64,000 bases of DNA from assembly GCA_963798845.1 (NCBI GenBank), contig CAWCUS010000006.1, positions 512,001 to 576,000 of the forward strand, read 5' to 3'. A program made the translations under genes and the position numbers. This DNA is from an uncultured Gemmatimonadales bacterium. GTDB lineage: Bacteria; Gemmatimonadota; Gemmatimonadetes; Longimicrobiales; RSA9. The notes beneath the pieces are model-generated. The model saw nothing but the letters and a program-made list of their open reading frames with translations. It searched no databases and was not told where the DNA came from. Of this stretch, positions 62,553-64,000 are shown one piece after another (positions within the stretch are counted from its first letter, which is position 1; every line of letters starts with the position of its first letter).

Positions 62553-64000
62553 CGCAGCGACCAGGCGAAGTAGATGCGCAGCGCGCGGTACTCGTAGTCC
62601 GACTCGGGCGCGGGCGAGACGCGGTGGACTCCCGAGTTGGCGACGATCCCGGAAACGCCGACCTCCCGGCCGGGGCCGAAGCGGATCCCGGTGCCGGCCA
62701 CCGCGCGCAGGGCCGCGTTCTGCACGGTGCTGGTCCGGTAGTCGATGGCCTGGTAGCCGGGGGCCAGCTCGACGTGGGCGAAGAGGCGGCCGCCGTCCAG
62801 CGACAGCCGGACGGGCGCCGCCACGACACCGTAGGCGCCCGGGTCCCAGTAGCCCGAGCTCACGTCCTCGGCGAAGCCGAAGGCGCGGGCGTCGAGGCCG
62901 ACCGTGAGGGCCTTCGTGGCCCGGTAGTCGAGGCGCGCGGACGCGAGCCAGCGGTCGTTCGAGTCGGCCGCGTCGAAGCGGGCATAGCCGCCGCGCAGGC
63001 CGATCCGGAGCCGCTGCGCGAAGGTGCGCGCCACCACGTCCAGCGCCACCTCGTCGACCGTCACGTTGTTCTCGGCGAGCAGCGCCGTGTAGTCGAAAGC
63101 GCTGCGGCTGCCCGTGAGCGACGCGGCCACCGGGAGGTCGCCCGGCGTCGAGACGCCCGCGCGCCAGAGCGCGATCGGCGCCTGGCCGGCGTCGACGCCG
63201 TCGCGCACGCCCCCGCCCCCGGTCACGGTCCAGCCGCGGCCGAGCCCGAGCGACAGCGCCAGCTCGGCGCTGCGCGTGGAGCGCCGGCCCGCGACGTCGG
63301 GACCGTCGAAGTCGCGCGTGTCGGCGCTCAGGCTGAGCCCCACGGCCCCGGCGGCCAGCCAGCTCCCGGTGACCCGGAACGTCCCGGCGCGGTTGCCGTC
63401 GGAGTCGCTCTCGTACAGGTAGTCGGGGACCAGGCGGGGACCGGCGGCTGCGTCCAGCCAGCGCCGCTGCTTCTGCACGTCACGGTTCCCGGGGGCCACG
63501 GCCTCCGCGCGCTCCAGCACGTCGAGCGCCGCGCCCGTGCGGCCCTGCCAGCGCAGGTTGGTGGCCAGCCCGACCAGGGCGTCCACGTCCTGCGGCTCGG
63601 CGGAGAGGACGTCGCGCCAGCGGCGCTCGCTCTCGCGCAGCCGGCCGCTCCACGCCGCAACCCTCGCCAGCCCCTTGCGCGCTTCCAGGTTGTCCGGGTC
63701 CAGCGCCAGGACGTCACCGTACGCGCTCACGGCCTCGGCGTAGCGCCCCGCCCAGGAGCTGAAGCGCGCGACGGCGTCCAGCGCCCTCGTGTCGCCCGGG
63801 TGGGCGTCGAGCACCTGGCCAGCCGCCTCGATGGCCGCGTCGTTCCGGCCTGCCCAGCCCAGGACGTTGGCGCGGTCGAGGCGCGCGTCCACGTTGCCGG
63901 GCGACAGGCGGAGCAGCCGGTCGAAGAGCGCCAGGCTCTCGTCGAACCGGTCGTTCCACGCCTTCGCCAGCGCGACCCGGTGCAGCGCGCGCAGGTCCGT
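62549..64000 (-). CDS. TPR array + C-terminal outer-membrane beta-barrel (PgaA/BcsC/YaiO-type architecture); 5'-truncated
   Basis: Frame open to 64000; at least 5 TPRs, each with a conserved Trp; DSDGN, alternating beta-strands and terminal LRIYFAWSLR. Confidence 0.75.
   Translation of the reverse strand, partial: TDLRALHRVALAKAWNDRFDESLALFDRLLRLSPGNVDARLDRANVLGWAGRNDAAIEAAGQVLDAHPGDTRALDAVARFSSWAGRYAEAVSAYGDVLALDPDNLEARKGLARVAAWSGRLRESERRWRDVLSAEPQDVDALVGLATNLRWQGRTGAALDVLERAEAVAPGNRDVQKQRRWLDAAAGPRLVPDYLYESDSDGNRAGTFRVTGSWLAAGAVGLSLSADTRDFDGPDVAGRRSTRSAELALSLGLGRGWTVTGGGGVRDGVDAGQAPIALWRAGVSTPGDLPVAASLTGSRSAFDYTALLAENNVTVDEVALDVVARTFAQRLRIGLRGGYARFDAADSNDRWLASARLDYRATKALTVGLDARAFGFAEDVSSGYWDPGAYGVVAAPVRLSLDGGRLFAHVELAPGYQAIDYRTSTVQNAALRAVAGTGIRFGPGREVGVSGIVANSGVHRVSPAPESDYEYRALRIYFAWSLR

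Overview
High-GC bacterial DNA (about 70-75% by eye; style suggests Gemmatimonadota, which is inference only) with no rRNA, tRNA, CRISPR or transposase seen. From 1 to 10.9 kb it is housekeeping: pyruvate dehydrogenase pdhA/B/C and lpdA, a lipoprotein, a selenocysteine-containing selD (in-frame UGA plus hairpin, missed by the ORF track), a Zn-ribbon protein, SirB1-like, YgfZ, an NRAMP-like transporter and GGCT. From 10.9 to 38.5 kb is one minus-strand block, the most interesting part of the window. It holds a complete Tad/Flp pilus operon with extra ATPases, a five-gene membrane glycosylation module directly upstream of the pilin (two STT3/AglB-like, one GT2, two PTPS-related GT-C) and a histidine kinase with a sigma54 activator. 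Both ends of the block carry a paralogous KaiC/RAD55-ATPase-REC*-GGDEF* protein, a BcsE-like layout but with intact Walker motifs, and several sigma54-like promoters lie within it. From 38.9 to 44.3 kb are RseP, an ABC exporter and membrane proteins. A lower-GC island at 44.4-50 kb carries an FAD oxidoreductase, a sulfatase-like protein, a NoeA-like methyltransferase and a YIDP small protein. A second GT2/GT-C/GT87 cluster spans 50-56.7 kb. From 57 to 64 kb are two convergent TPR-glycoside hydrolase paralogs and a TPR-beta-barrel protein, probably the edge of a polysaccharide export locus. Many genes between 19.5 and 49.5 kb carry frameshifts, most likely assembly indels. All family calls rest on motif recognition; no searches were run.
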